Positions 13,001 through 25,580 of a stretch of 64,000 nt of DNA are shown here, one piece after another. The translations under genes and the position numbers were made by a program. The notes under the pieces are model-generated. The model had not been told where the DNA came from. It was given only the letters and a program-made list of their open reading frames with translations, and did no database searches. Positions within the stretch are counted from its first letter, which is position 1. The number at the start of each line of letters is the position of its first letter. The stretch comes from Phoronis australis (taxonomy: Eukaryota > Animalia > Phoronida), in the NCBI GenBank assembly GCA_002633005.1, contig NMRA01000008.1, positions 1,769,174-1,833,173 on the forward strand, read 5' to 3'.

Positions 13001-16000
13001 TTTTAGCTGTCCTTCATTACTACTAACTTGTTGTTATAATAAGAGTTCATGGCAACCACGCAAAAAGTTTCTATGCCTACTTACTTGAATCCAGTCACTT
13101 CAACTTTCTTAAAACCCGACATATTCTTGTATATTTCGGTAAGCTGCAATAAGGAATTCAGTAGGATATGAGTTTGTAAGTGATATCGATGAGCAGCAAT
13201 CTTTAATCAATTCGTAGTACTTTTTATTTAGTTAAATTGAAAATTCCTTGGTAGCTACGCTCTTTTGTAACAGAGAGTCCATCAGATTGGTTTTACTTAT
13301 AGGCTTAAAACAAGTAAAAATCTGTATTCTGGTGAACTTTGAACTCTGATGCCATTTCGCCTAAATAACCTCTAAAATAACTGGTGCTGACATTGAGGTT
13401 ACTAAACAAAGTTAAATCTTATGAATTCATAAAAAACGTCTTGTTTTAGTTTTTATCGATACTGTAAAACTGTTTATCTCTTATGTATTTAAAAAACAGA
13501 ACGCATAAAATACAACTATTCTACCGCTTTGGTGTAAACTTCCGCTTAGAGTGTTCACAAAAATATAGAAAATCTTCAACTTTATGATGGTTTATTTACG
13601 AGGACATATTTTCCTGTCACGATTAATTCAGATGTGCAAGGTTTAGTTCATGAAAATCTTCTTACCTCGTTTCCAATTTTCGCAGATTCGTTTTTAAATT
13701 TTTCCGAAGTTGTATCAGCCAACTCCGCGCTGTAAGTGGCTTGTAATTTTACTGAAGCCTTCACTTCGGTAACTGAAATGATAAAATACATTGTCTCACG
13801 TGCGAGTCTCGGAAATTATGAAATCGTGATCCCACGCTTGATTTTAAGAAAACAGAATACACCTAAACCTGCATTGTAGTCAAATTTGTGTAAGGTGGGC
13901 CAGAGACCTGATAGCATATATCAAACATCAGGACATAAAAGTATGGACCATTGGAACTTAAACGCTAGGTTCAACTAAATAAATATGAAAGCCGCGTAGG
14001 CACGTCATATTGCAGGTGTCGAGCTTCCTTGAAGTTAAGGAAAATCTTAACTGGATAAGGAAAATTTTGAGACTTAAGGAAAATTTGAGACTTTTCTTAA
14101 GGAATTGCCAAAAGATATTATTAAGGAAAAATGTCACATTTTAAGGAAAACTCAGAAAACGGCATGGGCCCCAGGGACGCGACGTTTATCACTCGTAAAA
14201 GTGAATTCAAATACAAAGGGACGGAAATTGCGTCATGTTGTTAAAGTAAAAGCTACCAGTCTTGATGATGCTCAGGGTCTTACCTGTTTCAGGTGCTTTT
14301 GTCTGTAAAACAAAAGAATTGAATTGAACTCGTACGTTTGCTGTAATACTTAAAACATTTCGTAAACTTTAACCATACCTCTTCTAGTTTGTATAAAATT
14401 TTGTAAAGTACATCATCAGGCCATTTCTTTTGCTGTAGAAGACAGCCAAAGCTCTAGCGTGTAAGATTTCACTGAAGTCAGACGAAGAACATGGATTCGT
14501 CTCAAACTTAACGGAGACATTTTACCTGAGAAAAAATGATTTATATAGTCACAGAAAAACCTATATCGAATTTCGTCTGAATACCGCTTTAAAGCTCCGC
14601 CACGTATAGGGACCATGGCAGAGCAAGCTCTAAAACTTTTTCATTTACCGCAAATAAAGTTGTACAGTGTTTATTCATCTGTTTGCCTTTACGTACCGGG
14701 GCTTGTGTTGTAGTCGTGGTGGTGGTAGTAGATGTGGTTGTGGTGTCCGCGGCTGCCGCTGCCGTAGAGGCCGCTGCCGTCGAGGCGGCTGCCGCTGCAG
14801 TCGAGGTGGCAGCTGCCGCTGCAGTCGAGGCTGTTGTCGCTGCAGTAGAGGCGGCTGTTGATGCAGTCGAGCCAGCTGCGGCTGCTGTTGTCCCGGTGGT
14901 AGCTGCTACTGTGGTGGTGGAGTTCCCTGATGTTGCGCTCAGGGATGTTGTTGTGTCTGCTGATGCTGTGGTCGATGAATTTGTGGCGTTTGCCTGCACT
15001 CCTGCTGTGGTTGTCTCACTGTTAGCTGCGGCTGTGACGTTACTTGTTACTGCAGACTGAAATGAAAGTTAAAGGTTTTACTTATCGCTCAAATCACTAA
15101 GTTTGCTATTTTGGATCTTAAGCTGAGGCCCGCCCCAAACTATGCTATGGCACTGAGTAACATTTGGAAATCGCAACATGCAAACAGTTAAGTTCAGGCT
15201 GAAATCTTCGTAAATTAAGAAAACAAAAATATTTTAAGGAATAAAGGTTTTATACGTACGCTAGTTGTCGCTGCCTCCGTCGAGTTCGAAGTGTCATTGG
15301 ACATAGTTGTAACAACTGGCGCTGCTGTCGTTGCATTTGCCGACTCTGTAGTATTCGATGACTCTGTTGTGGAGTTGGCAGAGGCAGTGGCGACATCGAA
15401 GACGACACCTAGCGGCAATAATATATTTGAACAGGGATGTGTTCCGTCGACGCAAGACACTCGTGAGTAAAGCTGGAATGACTTTTGCAACGCATGGCCA
15501 CATCTCGCGCAGACTTGCGTGATCGTGTTTTTGCTTAAGAAACCTGCTTTACGGAACACTGGTCTGGTAAACACATCCAGACAGATTTTGAGTTCAAAAA
15601 CTTTGAATTTAATTTTTAATTTAGCTTATATTGCCCAAAATGCAGAAAAAAATCGCAGATTGTTTTAGAAATTCACAGTTTTGAAGAAAACCAACATAGC
15701 CACGTGGTTGGTGTTTATGTAAAACATTAAGTTCACTTTAACTCTACTGAGCAGGCCGCAGAAAACTAAAGGTGCTTATTTGGTGACTGCATAAATTCCA
15801 GAAAAAATTATAATTTTTTCACCGAGAGATTTCAACCCAGTCCACATGATATAAAATCGATCCCAGAGAGTATCAAACGACAGGTGTACAGCTTTCATTC
15901 ATCTCCGCAGTGATGAGAACACATGACGCCACCCTTGAAAGGTACTTTTAAGTTTAAAATACCTTACCCAAACGATTTGTGTTGAAGGGATAAACAGCGA

Positions 16001-16384
16001 GATAAAGAAATTAGGTTACCTACTTCTCGCTCAAAATGTAATTTGAAGTGCACATGAGCGTTTGGTCAGTTCCGGGGCGTTGTAATCCCACATTTTTCAC
16101 TTTGTTAATCCAGCGTTGTTCAGAGTTCTCCCACCGTTTAAGTGCCGATTTTATTTACTGGAGCTCATTCCTTCCAACTTCACTCAATATTATCTACCTG
16201 AATGTTGACTCAATTCTCACGGCAGAAGAGTGTTTGTTTGTCCGGAAGCTTGGAAATCGTATATTTACCCCGCCAAATCAAATGAATATAATGACGCATT
16301 ATTTTCATAGGTAGTAAATCAGTTACGGTACTCACCAAATGTAAGTGCCAGTAGAAAAATGAACAATGCGCACTGTATCTTCAT
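10018..16384 (-). CDS. GPI-anchored mucin-like protein: signal peptide + Thr/Ala-rich stalk + SEA domain + Ly6/uPAR (three-finger) domain, 429 aa
   Basis: Ten phase-consistent GT-AG exons: 16384-16336 (MKIQCALFIFLLALTF), 15408-15260, 15056-14697 (T/A/S-rich, several N-x-T/S), 14302-14284 (19 nt), 13772-13666, 13143-13085, 12182-11996, 11322-11233, 10896-10774, 10164-10018. Total 1290 nt with no internal stop. SEA features: YSAELADTTSEKFK and VTGFKNGSIIVEF. A 12-Cys domain ends CCTSNQCS. Tail AASASRVTSFITTVALVLVIALM* is GPI-like. Confidence 0.85.
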
Positions 16385-16948
16385 TTCTTTCCTGTAATGT
16401 AAATACAGCATTTTAATTACATCGTTTCAGTTCATAAGCACACGCCTAAAATTATCATTCTCTGGAAATTTAATTACAAATTATTAATTTGTGTTACGGA
16501 ATTATTAGTTATTAGGTCACGGAGAATATTTAACCACAGTGTTTATATTTTACCTCTAATAAATTTCCAACTTTGTCAGTCCCATCATTTGTGGAAATCA
16601 GATTTACCTACTTTTGTATGTTAATATGAGCCAATGCAGAGACTAAGCGTATACATTTTTATGTTCTTTATCGGGCAATAATATTTGAATTACAAAAAAA
16701 CGATTAACTTTACTGTTAAATATAACCCCCTTACTATAAAATTTTCGTGTTTACCGCTGGCATGTTCCTCGCTGATTAGAAATAAACTGTTTTCGCAATT
16801 GCGTATTGGAGAGACCGAACATACATGAAAATATAACTTCTAAAACAAGTGAGAAACTTCTCTAAAATTATTCTACTCGCCACATGATTTTTAGATTTGT
16901 GCTAATACACGTTTGAGGTAATTATAGAATCTAAATATAATTACTCAC

Positions 16949-17046
16949 CTATTTTAAGCGAGGTGGTGCAATACTGTACTTCGAAACAAGTTTCAGAACG
17001 ACGAATTTCCTTTTGCGCGTCTTCTTTCTCTCACAGTATATTTATG
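16949..17046 (-). promoter_or_regulatory. Putative 5' non-coding first exon and TATA-like element of the mucin/SEA/Ly6 gene
   Basis: Donor gtgagt at 16948-16943 and CATAAATATA at 17046-17037 on the minus strand. The ATG exon is preceded by an acceptor (tttacattacag), so an upstream UTR exon is required. Confidence 0.4.
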
Positions 17047-19576
17047 AATGGGAGAATACAAACGTCATTGTGATTCCTAAGAACCATGGAAACTCGGCTT
17101 ATTTTGACAACCGCGGGTGGTGGGATCAATGAATCGCTCTCCCCTACTAAGTGGGATGAGAATACCATTAATTGGCTTCATCGAATTTTCCAGTTATCGA
17201 TATTCATTCTGTTGATTTCCACAGGAGTGGAATTTTGTTTGAAGTTCGTAATGATTTTTACATTGGCAGGGTCGCTGTGCGTCTGAAGACAGCATAAAAG
17301 AACAGAGAGCGTTTCCCGTCAAAACTAAACGAGACCCCTAGCTTTGTCGACAGTGATACAAATTATTCTCATCTCTGTCTTTATCTCAATTACGCATTGG
17401 TTTCAGTATTAGCATTTGGAGTTATGCATTATGAAAGGAGTTAATTGATTAAGTTACCAAGGGGAAAATGATGTCAAACAATATCAGTAGGTCGATATGT
17501 ATATATTAGTTTATGGATATTATCGTTCGCATGCGTGCACCCAAGGGGGCGGGTGGCTCGGGGGGGGGGCTAGAACGAAGTGAGCAAAAAGGTCCTCCTC
17601 AGAGAGACAAAAAACTCCGAAAAAAGTAGAAAGCGAGACAAAAGAGTCCACTAAAAAGGCAGGAACTACCAAAATTCGGCGGATGCACATAGCCCCGTGA
17701 ATCTTAGCAAAAGTTCCACATTCTCAAAAACTCCAGCCCCTCCATTTTTTAGGTTGGGTGCGCCCTTCATCCAGGTACAAGAAGCGCATCAGTAATGCGT
17801 AGGTGTAAATCATCAAGATATCAAGAGACAGTGACTTCGGGTAATTTAATTTTTGCTTTCCAATTCGCCATAGCACCGTAAATCGAGTCCAACGAATTTC
17901 GTATTCGACAGGGTCGGACCCATGTGCGAGAAGTTATCTGACGATTACAAACAACGAATGCTAGAAATTACGCAGCGTGTTGGAAGCCGTTAAATACACA
18001 GTTTTCAACAGGTGATGATAAGCTGGGCAAATATTGGAATTTGTTCAGCCCGATGGTGTCCCAAAACAAGTAATGCGATAATTGGTAAATGTATATTGAG
18101 CATGAAACAATGGAATGAATGAATAATTAATGTAAATGTCCATAAATTCCGCATAGTTATTTGAGTGATCGATTTTTCGTTGTAATATCCAATTTCTGCA
18201 AGGTTGCAAATAAAGAAGAAAAAAAATTGTAATATGTCATTCTGTGATTATGTCCTCTATGTCTTGAAATTTATGCGTGGTTGCATCATATTTCAAGGGC
18301 TTTCAACGTCAAATGTGTATAAAAATAAGCACCGATGTTTAATTTCGCTTATTGGTTTGTACTGTTACCGTTCGAGCGCAAGTAACGTGAGTCTTGTCAA
18401 CACTTAAGGTAAATTGGAACCTTTTGTCTCCACACGCATTGATTGATGAACGCATGGTGTTGTGTCGTAACTATGAGCAACCAGTCTGTAAAGTGCAACA
18501 CGTGACGAACACGATATAACGAGATTTTTACGCAATGCCATTCGAAACCCTAAAATCTCCTCGAGTTAAGCGAGCAATATTGCATAGGACCTCTCTTCTT
18601 GTATTTGATTAGGTTTGTGGCTCATTAGAAAAGAAATGCGGCTTATGAAAAATTCTGACTTGCGAAAAGAACGTTAATGAGAATGGCCTTGAGATCTGCA
18701 TCAGGTAGGGACCTTGTCCATTCTGATGTTGACTTACCGAGAATTTTTACAAACAAATACCTTCTAAATGGACACCTTTGGGACGTTTGGAGTCAAAATT
18801 TCTTAAGGTTTGTGTAGTTCCCAAAAATGAAGTGTTTGCAAACGCTAGTGTAAACGATTCGTTATCCAGTCATAGTCAAACTCAGACATAAGGACTGAAG
18901 TCCAGAAAGCCAAGACATTACCTTGCTCTTGCGTCGGAAAATATTTGATTTTGGATCGAAAATAGTGAATTCTATCCCATAATTCAATATTCCAACCTCA
19001 CCGACCAATCAGTGAACAGTGGCCACCATTTTGTTAGGTTGAACTATTAGGGTATCGCACAAACTCGCGGTACACTGGCTTTTCTCGTCAGAAACTTGGT
19101 CTATGGGAAGTTACCTCGGCTAGTCAGTTGTATGATGGGGAAATCTTCTTTAGTTTTGACCAGAGCTGTAAAACAAACAATCCGTTTTGCTGTTGTCTGC
19201 TAGACATTTGCTAAAATCAAAGCCATGAACTTTGCACGTTAAGTACGCCTACGTCGCTAACTCTATTCCGAATTGAGGCTGACCAGCTTTCTCGTCGAGA
19301 GCGCCCTCGATATTACTTCGAGAAAGTGTCATGTAAATATCGGAGTTAAAAAATTGCGCGGGGTTGGCCGTGGAACATTTTGACGCAAAATTTTCGCTTT
19401 CGAAGGTCCGGTTTGCTGCCGATGGGGCACGCTACATAAGTGGGCTATGTTCGCTCCTACAGTAGTCTTGAACCCGGAGAGCCGTTTGTACATCTCTAAC
19501 ATGTGCTTGTTGATTGATCAATCAGTGATGAGGTCAACTACTTTAGATGTCGATCTTTGAAAAAGCTTAGTATATG

Positions 19577-20468
19577 TAGATTATTACATGGCGAAGTCGT
19601 TATACCCCGTTATCTAGAGCCCGAGTGGCTTTTGGAGAATTATCGCCCGAGGGGCAATATTAGCCTCGAATGGCAGATATAACCGTGTAATAACCCATCA
19701 AGCTATCTCACTAGTGAGATAATATTTTGGCGGGAAACCGAGGCCGGATTCGAACCAGCGCCTCAAGAGTTTCGAGTCGCCGACTTTACCACTACACCAC
19801 TCAGTGGCTGACGTCATAGAACGTGAAAATAGAATACTTAAATGAGCACGTTCAACAATCGCATGTTCAGCAAAGGGCATTGCACCGACATTTATACGCT
19901 ATGAAAAATAAGACGCATAATTTCCACAAAAACGCTGTTTTAATTCAGTGAAATTTTTCTCTCGTGTTCTCTCACTTGTAAATCACCGATCTCCAATTTG
20001 AATGCGGGTATCGTGTCGTCGGGATCCTTTGACTTGAGCATTACAGTCAGTTACTAGTGATAACCTACTTTAGCAGACGATATTTTCCCAGTCGAAGCTT
20101 AGCGTGATAAAATGTGTAGTAAGCTATAATAGTTGCTAAATCTTAATTTATAGAATCACTTTATTTCCATTTTGTTTTATTTTTCAATTGGTTATGAGTA
20201 TATTGTGACAAAAATAGCTCGACTTTTCTTAAAAGGTCACGACCTCCGACCCCGGGCCTCTGACTTAGAAAGTAGTTACAAAGCCGACGCGAGTCGAGGA
20301 AGGTATATCGATTCATTGCAATGTTCCTCGTTCAGTATGTGGTATAAATAGATTATTACATGTTCTCAGTCGTTATCCCCCTTATCTAGAGCCCTCGGGA
20401 GATAATTCTCCAAAATCCACTCGGGCTCTAGATAACGGTGGATAACGACTTCGCCATGTAATAATCTA
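19577..20468. mobile_element. Non-autonomous DNA element with ~77-bp terminal inverted repeats
   Basis: 19577-19653 (tagattattacatggcgaagtcgttat...cccgaggg) is a near-perfect reverse complement of 20392-20468. 20349-20468 is itself a hairpin. Confidence 0.75.
19735..19806 (-). other. tRNA-like sequence (pseudo-tRNA or SINE head) inside the TIR element
   Basis: A-box tggtgtagtgg and B-box ggttcgaatcc. Acceptor (actgag/ctcggt) and T stems (gctgg/ccggc) pair, but the anticodon and D stems pair poorly. Confidence 0.6.
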
Positions 20469-21284
20469 TATTCATCTTTATAGTACAATGAAAAGTTTGG
20501 GATGTGCAAGCCACACGCCGTATTTTGACAAACGTTAAATTCCCCGTTTGTTCGTTATTTTCAAGGCTTGCATGAAATCAATCAGCTGACCAAGATTCTA
20601 CAGATGATACGAGTCCTGAATCAAAACTTCTTTTCTGACAAAAACCAATGAAATATTACCCATTACATTGGACCTCGTGACGGAAGTCGCGATAGTGACA
20701 TAGCCCGATTATCGTTAGGAGCTTTTTAAGTATGTATGTTTGCAGCACTCAGTTTGACAGGACCATCGGGGAGTTTTTGTATGTTGGAAAAGACAAGAAG
20801 TTTGTGAGTAAACACACCTTCCGTCAGACTAAAGTTTCATTTAGATCTCTTACTGTTGGGTCTCAACTTGTTGTCTCTTGCTCAAATTAGGGATACATAT
20901 TGGGTTTTGGAATCACGGAAGGCTATTTTTTACGCTGTGTATAGTTTTAAACAATAGTACCACTTCTTTCGAAGCCTAGAGGGCGCGTGAATACTGACCG
21001 GTAAATGGTCTAAAGCAAACATTATTTTGTCTGACAAAACGCTTCTAAAACAACTTTTTAGACAACCTGTTACTATAAGACGTTTTGGCTCATTCATTAA
21101 TAGTTGTCTTCGCGTAGTCTCTACTGAGAGTTGTCGTTTCATTCAGCTACGACATTTCTTGCAGAAAACGGCAAATAAAGGTTATCTATAATGCGCACAA
21201 ACATCTCCTGTTGAGTGACAATATCTGACGATTGCAGTTTCCAAATGCATATTCTATGCTACTGTTACTGAGTGCCGAAGCTTG

Positions 21285-21710
21285 TCAGTTTGCGTTCTTT
21301 CCAGGAATCATAATGAAAAAATACATGGAAAACTATGCCTCGACATTGTTGTTCTCAATGCAGAGTAAAGAATTGTTATCAGATAAATACATGCAAGGTT
21401 GGTTATATTTAATTCAACCGACATCACAACAGTCGCGTTTCAGGTTACACTATTTCCAACAAAAAATGTTTGAAAACTGTGCCTCGGAGTTGTTGTTCTC
21501 AATGCAGGGTAAAAAATCGTTATCCGATTAATACATATGTACACAAACGTTCTCTTGTACTACACAAGGTTGTTTGCATTCAATTTAACTGATATTACGA
21601 TAGTCGCGTTTCAGTTTGCGTTCTTTCCAAGGATCGTCATGAAAAACGCTTGAAATACTATACCCATAAATTGTTGTTCACAATGCAGGGTAAAGAATTG
21701 TTATCAGTTT
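21285..21710 (+). repeat. Diverged tandem repeat, about 3 units of ~145-180 bp
   Basis: ttgttgttc(t/a)caatgcag(a/g)gtaaa recurs at ~21345, ~21490 and ~21671, with shared flanks. Confidence 0.7.
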
Positions 21711-22629
21711 TTTGTGTTTTTGCTTCTTTGACCCCGTTATCGTTAGAAATTTCAGGCAATATTTCCAATTTCTATTTATTATTATTACCGAGACCACGGA
21801 TGAGTTAATCCATAGTACAAACTATTTCACTGTCCAGCAGCTTCTATAATTTTACAATACCACAAAAAATGAGATTTCATGTTAAAATTTGACACTGATT
21901 TTGAGCGAAAACTGATGTGCCCGACTTTTAATCTATCAGAGTAGGAATTGTTTAAACTACATTTTAGTAATATAACATTAGAAAGTGAGCTGCAACGCAT
22001 AGTATGATCCAAATACGTGACATAGGGTATATCACCCATTTATGATTTTTTGTCTGGTCGGAAGTGCACTGCATTCTTAAGGTAGGAAACTGGCAAGTTT
22101 TCTCATCGGAATGTGTGAATGAATGAGCATACGAAAAACTTACGTTCATTGCACTGTAGTCATGATATGAATAAAAGAATGAAAAGAAAAAAACAAGAAA
22201 TTACGGTTTTAATATGGGTGTGCCGTCTATATTCGTCTTTTTATCCGTTTTATTCATAAAACATACATAAAACATACTTAGTCGGCACGCATCAAATTTT
22301 ATAATGAACACGCGGTTTACTCCGTGGATGGGCGGACACAGGTTATCGCTGACCGGTGTTTAGTAGCTTTCGGTGCGACGATAGACTGAAGACTGGTTCG
22401 AGTTAATCACTTTATTAACTTCGGCCCCACGTACTCAAGTCTACTCGAGCAAAACGCACTACGTAATGTCTGTTCTATGCTCCAGCTAGTGCTGCAAAAC
22501 CTTGACCAAGGGCAGATCCAGGATTTTGAGTTGGGGGGCGGGGCAGAGTATTAGCCAGGAATTTGCCCGTCAGACACTTACACCCCGAATTACCAAATTT
22601 AATCTGGAAGAATTTTAGGGGGGGGCATN

Positions 22630-25292
22630 CGAAAGCTTAAAAATATTGTTCATAATCAAGCTCACACTAGCAAAGATTTTATTGTTACTGGTGATTTTAA
22701 TTATGATGCATTGCGTAAGAAGACAGTGGGTAAGATTAAGGCATGGGAACGAGAGTTGGGTATGCAGAATATTATTAACGTGCCCACAAGGGTTACCGAC
22801 AAAACTTCCACATGCCTTGATCTTATTCTTGTATCAAACGTTGACAAAGTTTTTACATTTGATAGTATACCCATTGGGATTGGTGATCATAATCTTGTAT
22901 TCACAGCGTATAAGACTTGTCGCCCTAGGCTTCCGCCACGTATCATTACCAAGCGTTCATATCGCACCTTCGATAACGAAGACTTTCTCAGAGATCTACA
23001 GGCGATTGATTGGAGCGCCGTTACCACCGCTGTTGACCCCGATGCCGCTTGGACAATTTCCAAGCAAAGTTTCATTAGAGTTATTAATAATCATGTCCCC
23101 GTAATCCAATTGAAATTAAAGGGCAAATCACCCGAGTGGTATAATGATAACCTCATAGCTCTCTCTCGCAAGAGAGATTACCTGAAGCGAATAGCTCAGT
23201 GTACTCGAAATTCATCTGACTGGGGTATCTTTAAGAAAGCTAGAAATAAGGTAAACAATGCGCTTAAACAGGCTAAGGATGAGTATTACGACCCCAAGTT
23301 ATTAATGAAAACAAATCTAACGGGAAAACTCTCTGGAAAATCATAAAATCAAATTTACCTAACAAGTCCAAGTCTGTCGCAAATGAATTTCTAATTGGAA
23401 ACGATTTTGTTTCGGACAAAAGTAAAATAGAAAATGCATTTAATGACTTTTTTACTGGCATTGGCCAAAAACTTGCTGAGAATTTCAGTATGTCAACTAT
23501 TGAGCTCCCGCCCAATATACACGAGGGAATATCATTTAAGTTTCAAGACATTCAAGTTGACTACGTCCGTGAACAAATAGCTGTGCCGCTTACCAATATC
23601 ATTCATTTTAAGTTTAAAAACGGCTACAATTCCTAGAGAATGGAAGATGGCAGTTGTTACTCCTGTTTTTAAAGATGGTGAAAAGTCAAGTTGCGAAAAT
23701 TACAGACCAATGTCGGTCCTCCCTGCTGTGTCCAAAATTCTTGAAAGGTGTGTTCAAAAGCAGCTTCACCAGTTCCTGGAGCAAAATTCCCTTCTCTCGG
23801 CAGCACAGTCTGGTTTCCGCCCCTTGCATTCCACTCTTACTACAAACATTCGTGCTACTGAGTTTATCTTTAATAATATGGATCAGGGGAGGCTAGCTGG
23901 TGCTGTCTTTGTTGACCTTAAGAAAGCCTTTGACACTGTGGACCATGGTATCCTATTGCAGAAACTAGAGTCTTATGGAGTAAATGATAACGAACTCCTT
24001 TGGTTTAGAAACTACTTATACGACCGTAAACAGGCCACCAAATACGGTAGTATACTTTCTGACTACTCAACTGTAATCATGGGGGTACCTCAGGGTTCCA
24101 TTTTGGGCCCTCTATAATTCACTATTTTTGTTAACGACCTCCCTACTGTCCTCCACAACAGAGTCCCAGTTTTATATGCTGATGACACTGCAATTATGTC
24201 CACAGCTGGATCAGCAAAAGAACTCGAAACTTCTCTCAACGATGAGCTAGCCCTTATCCATAACTGGCTGATTCAAAATACACTCACTCTTAACGTTAGT
24301 AAAACCAAGTCGATGCTGTTTGGAACCCACCAGAAATTAAAACAACAAAAACTATCCCTTTCTATCAACGGTTCTCCCATCGAGAATGTTGACAAATTTA
24401 AGTACTTGGCCCTTACTTTAGATCCCAATCTTAAATTTAATATGCATATAGATCATATAACAAAGAAATTATCAAAGAAAATCGGTTTTCTTAAACGTCT
24501 AGGCAAATTTCTTAATGTCAGTACACTTAAGACCCTTTACCATTCTATTATTCAGCCTCATATTGATTATTGTTTACCGGTTTTGGGGCACACTAGTGAC
24601 ACACTTGTCAGCAAAGTCCAAGTAATCCAAAATAGAGCCGCCAGGGTTATCCTGGGTACTAAAATTAGGGACACTAGGGTTGACGACTTGTATTCCAAGC
24701 TGGGATTTATGAAAGTAAGATAAAGAAATAAATATCTCTCTGCCTGTTGTATGTACAGATGTATCAATGGGTTGGCTCCAGCATATCTCAGCAATAAATT
24801 CAATAGCAGCCATGCTGTATATTCTACACGTTCTTCTGTTGCTGGCAATGTTTCTTCTAAAAAAATTAAAACCGAGACGGACAAGAGATCTTTTATCTAT
24901 GCAGCTGCCCAGAAATTAAACGGTCCAATTCAATTACTGCCTTTAAAGTAAATATTAAGAAGTGGCTGTAATTTACTTAACCTTTATAACCTGCCTGTCT
25001 TAATGATGTCATTTTTTCATTGTCGTAAATACTCTCACTGTCTAGAGTCATCTCTTAATTTATTTCATCTGTCTTAGTTAAATTTTTATCATTATTTGTC
25101 ATTTAGTTATTATCTTAATTCTCAACCTGTTTTAATTGTATCTTTGTTACGTATATTTCATTGTTGTTTTATTACTTCATTGTATTATATTACTGTTTTT
25201 CTTGTTGAGGGCCCTCTTGGAAAGCAGTGCTATCACTGAAGAGGCCACCCTCATTTTAAATATCACTGACGACAATAATAAATAAATAAATA
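22630..25292 (+). mobile_element. Degenerate L2/Crack/CR1-group LINE ORF2 (endonuclease C-term + RT) with 3' UTR and (AATA)n tail
   Basis: PTRVTDKTSTCLDLIL..GDHNLV (endonuclease), NYRPMSVLP, QSGFR, FVDLKKAFDTVDH, GVPQGSILGP, YADDT, IQNRAARVI. Has frameshifts and in-frame stops (24115, 24721). The 3' end gagggccctcttggaaagcag is followed by aataaataaata. Confidence 0.92.
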
Positions 25293-25339
25293 AGTTCCAT
25301 GAGCCCAGTTTTACTAAAGTTAGGGAGAGAGTACGTTGA

Positions 25340-25580
25340 CGTTTCTTAATCATGTTGTATTGTTTTTAGTACATTCTATTTATTATTTTTTATTATTTTG
25401 TTTCATCAGTCTTTCCATGCTAATTTCGTATTCTTCACTGACTATTTAAATCTTATCTTTCATTTTGTAATTCTGTTAGTTTGTCTTACTGTCTTTGTGT
25501 TTTACTGAAGGCCCTAATGGAAAGCAGTGACAACTGATGGGGCTACCATCATTGTTAATATTACATTAATAAATAAATAT
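25340..25580 (+). mobile_element. Second LINE 3'-end fragment of a related family
   Basis: gaagggccctaatggaaagcagtgacaactgatggggctaccatc..aataaataaat parallels the tail at ~25207-25292. Confidence 0.65.

Noticed and set aside
14667-15060. Plus-strand Val/Ala-rich and Cys/Arg-rich ORFs
   Set aside because: Antisense shadows of the Thr/Ala mucin exon.
19735-19806. Functional tRNA gene (also the element at 51493-51565)
   Set aside because: The anticodon and D stems do not pair properly, and both lie in repeat or SINE context.
21285-21710. CRISPR-like repeat-spacer array
   Set aside because: Eukaryotic context, long diverged units with mutually similar 'spacers', and no cas genes. It is an ordinary tandem repeat.
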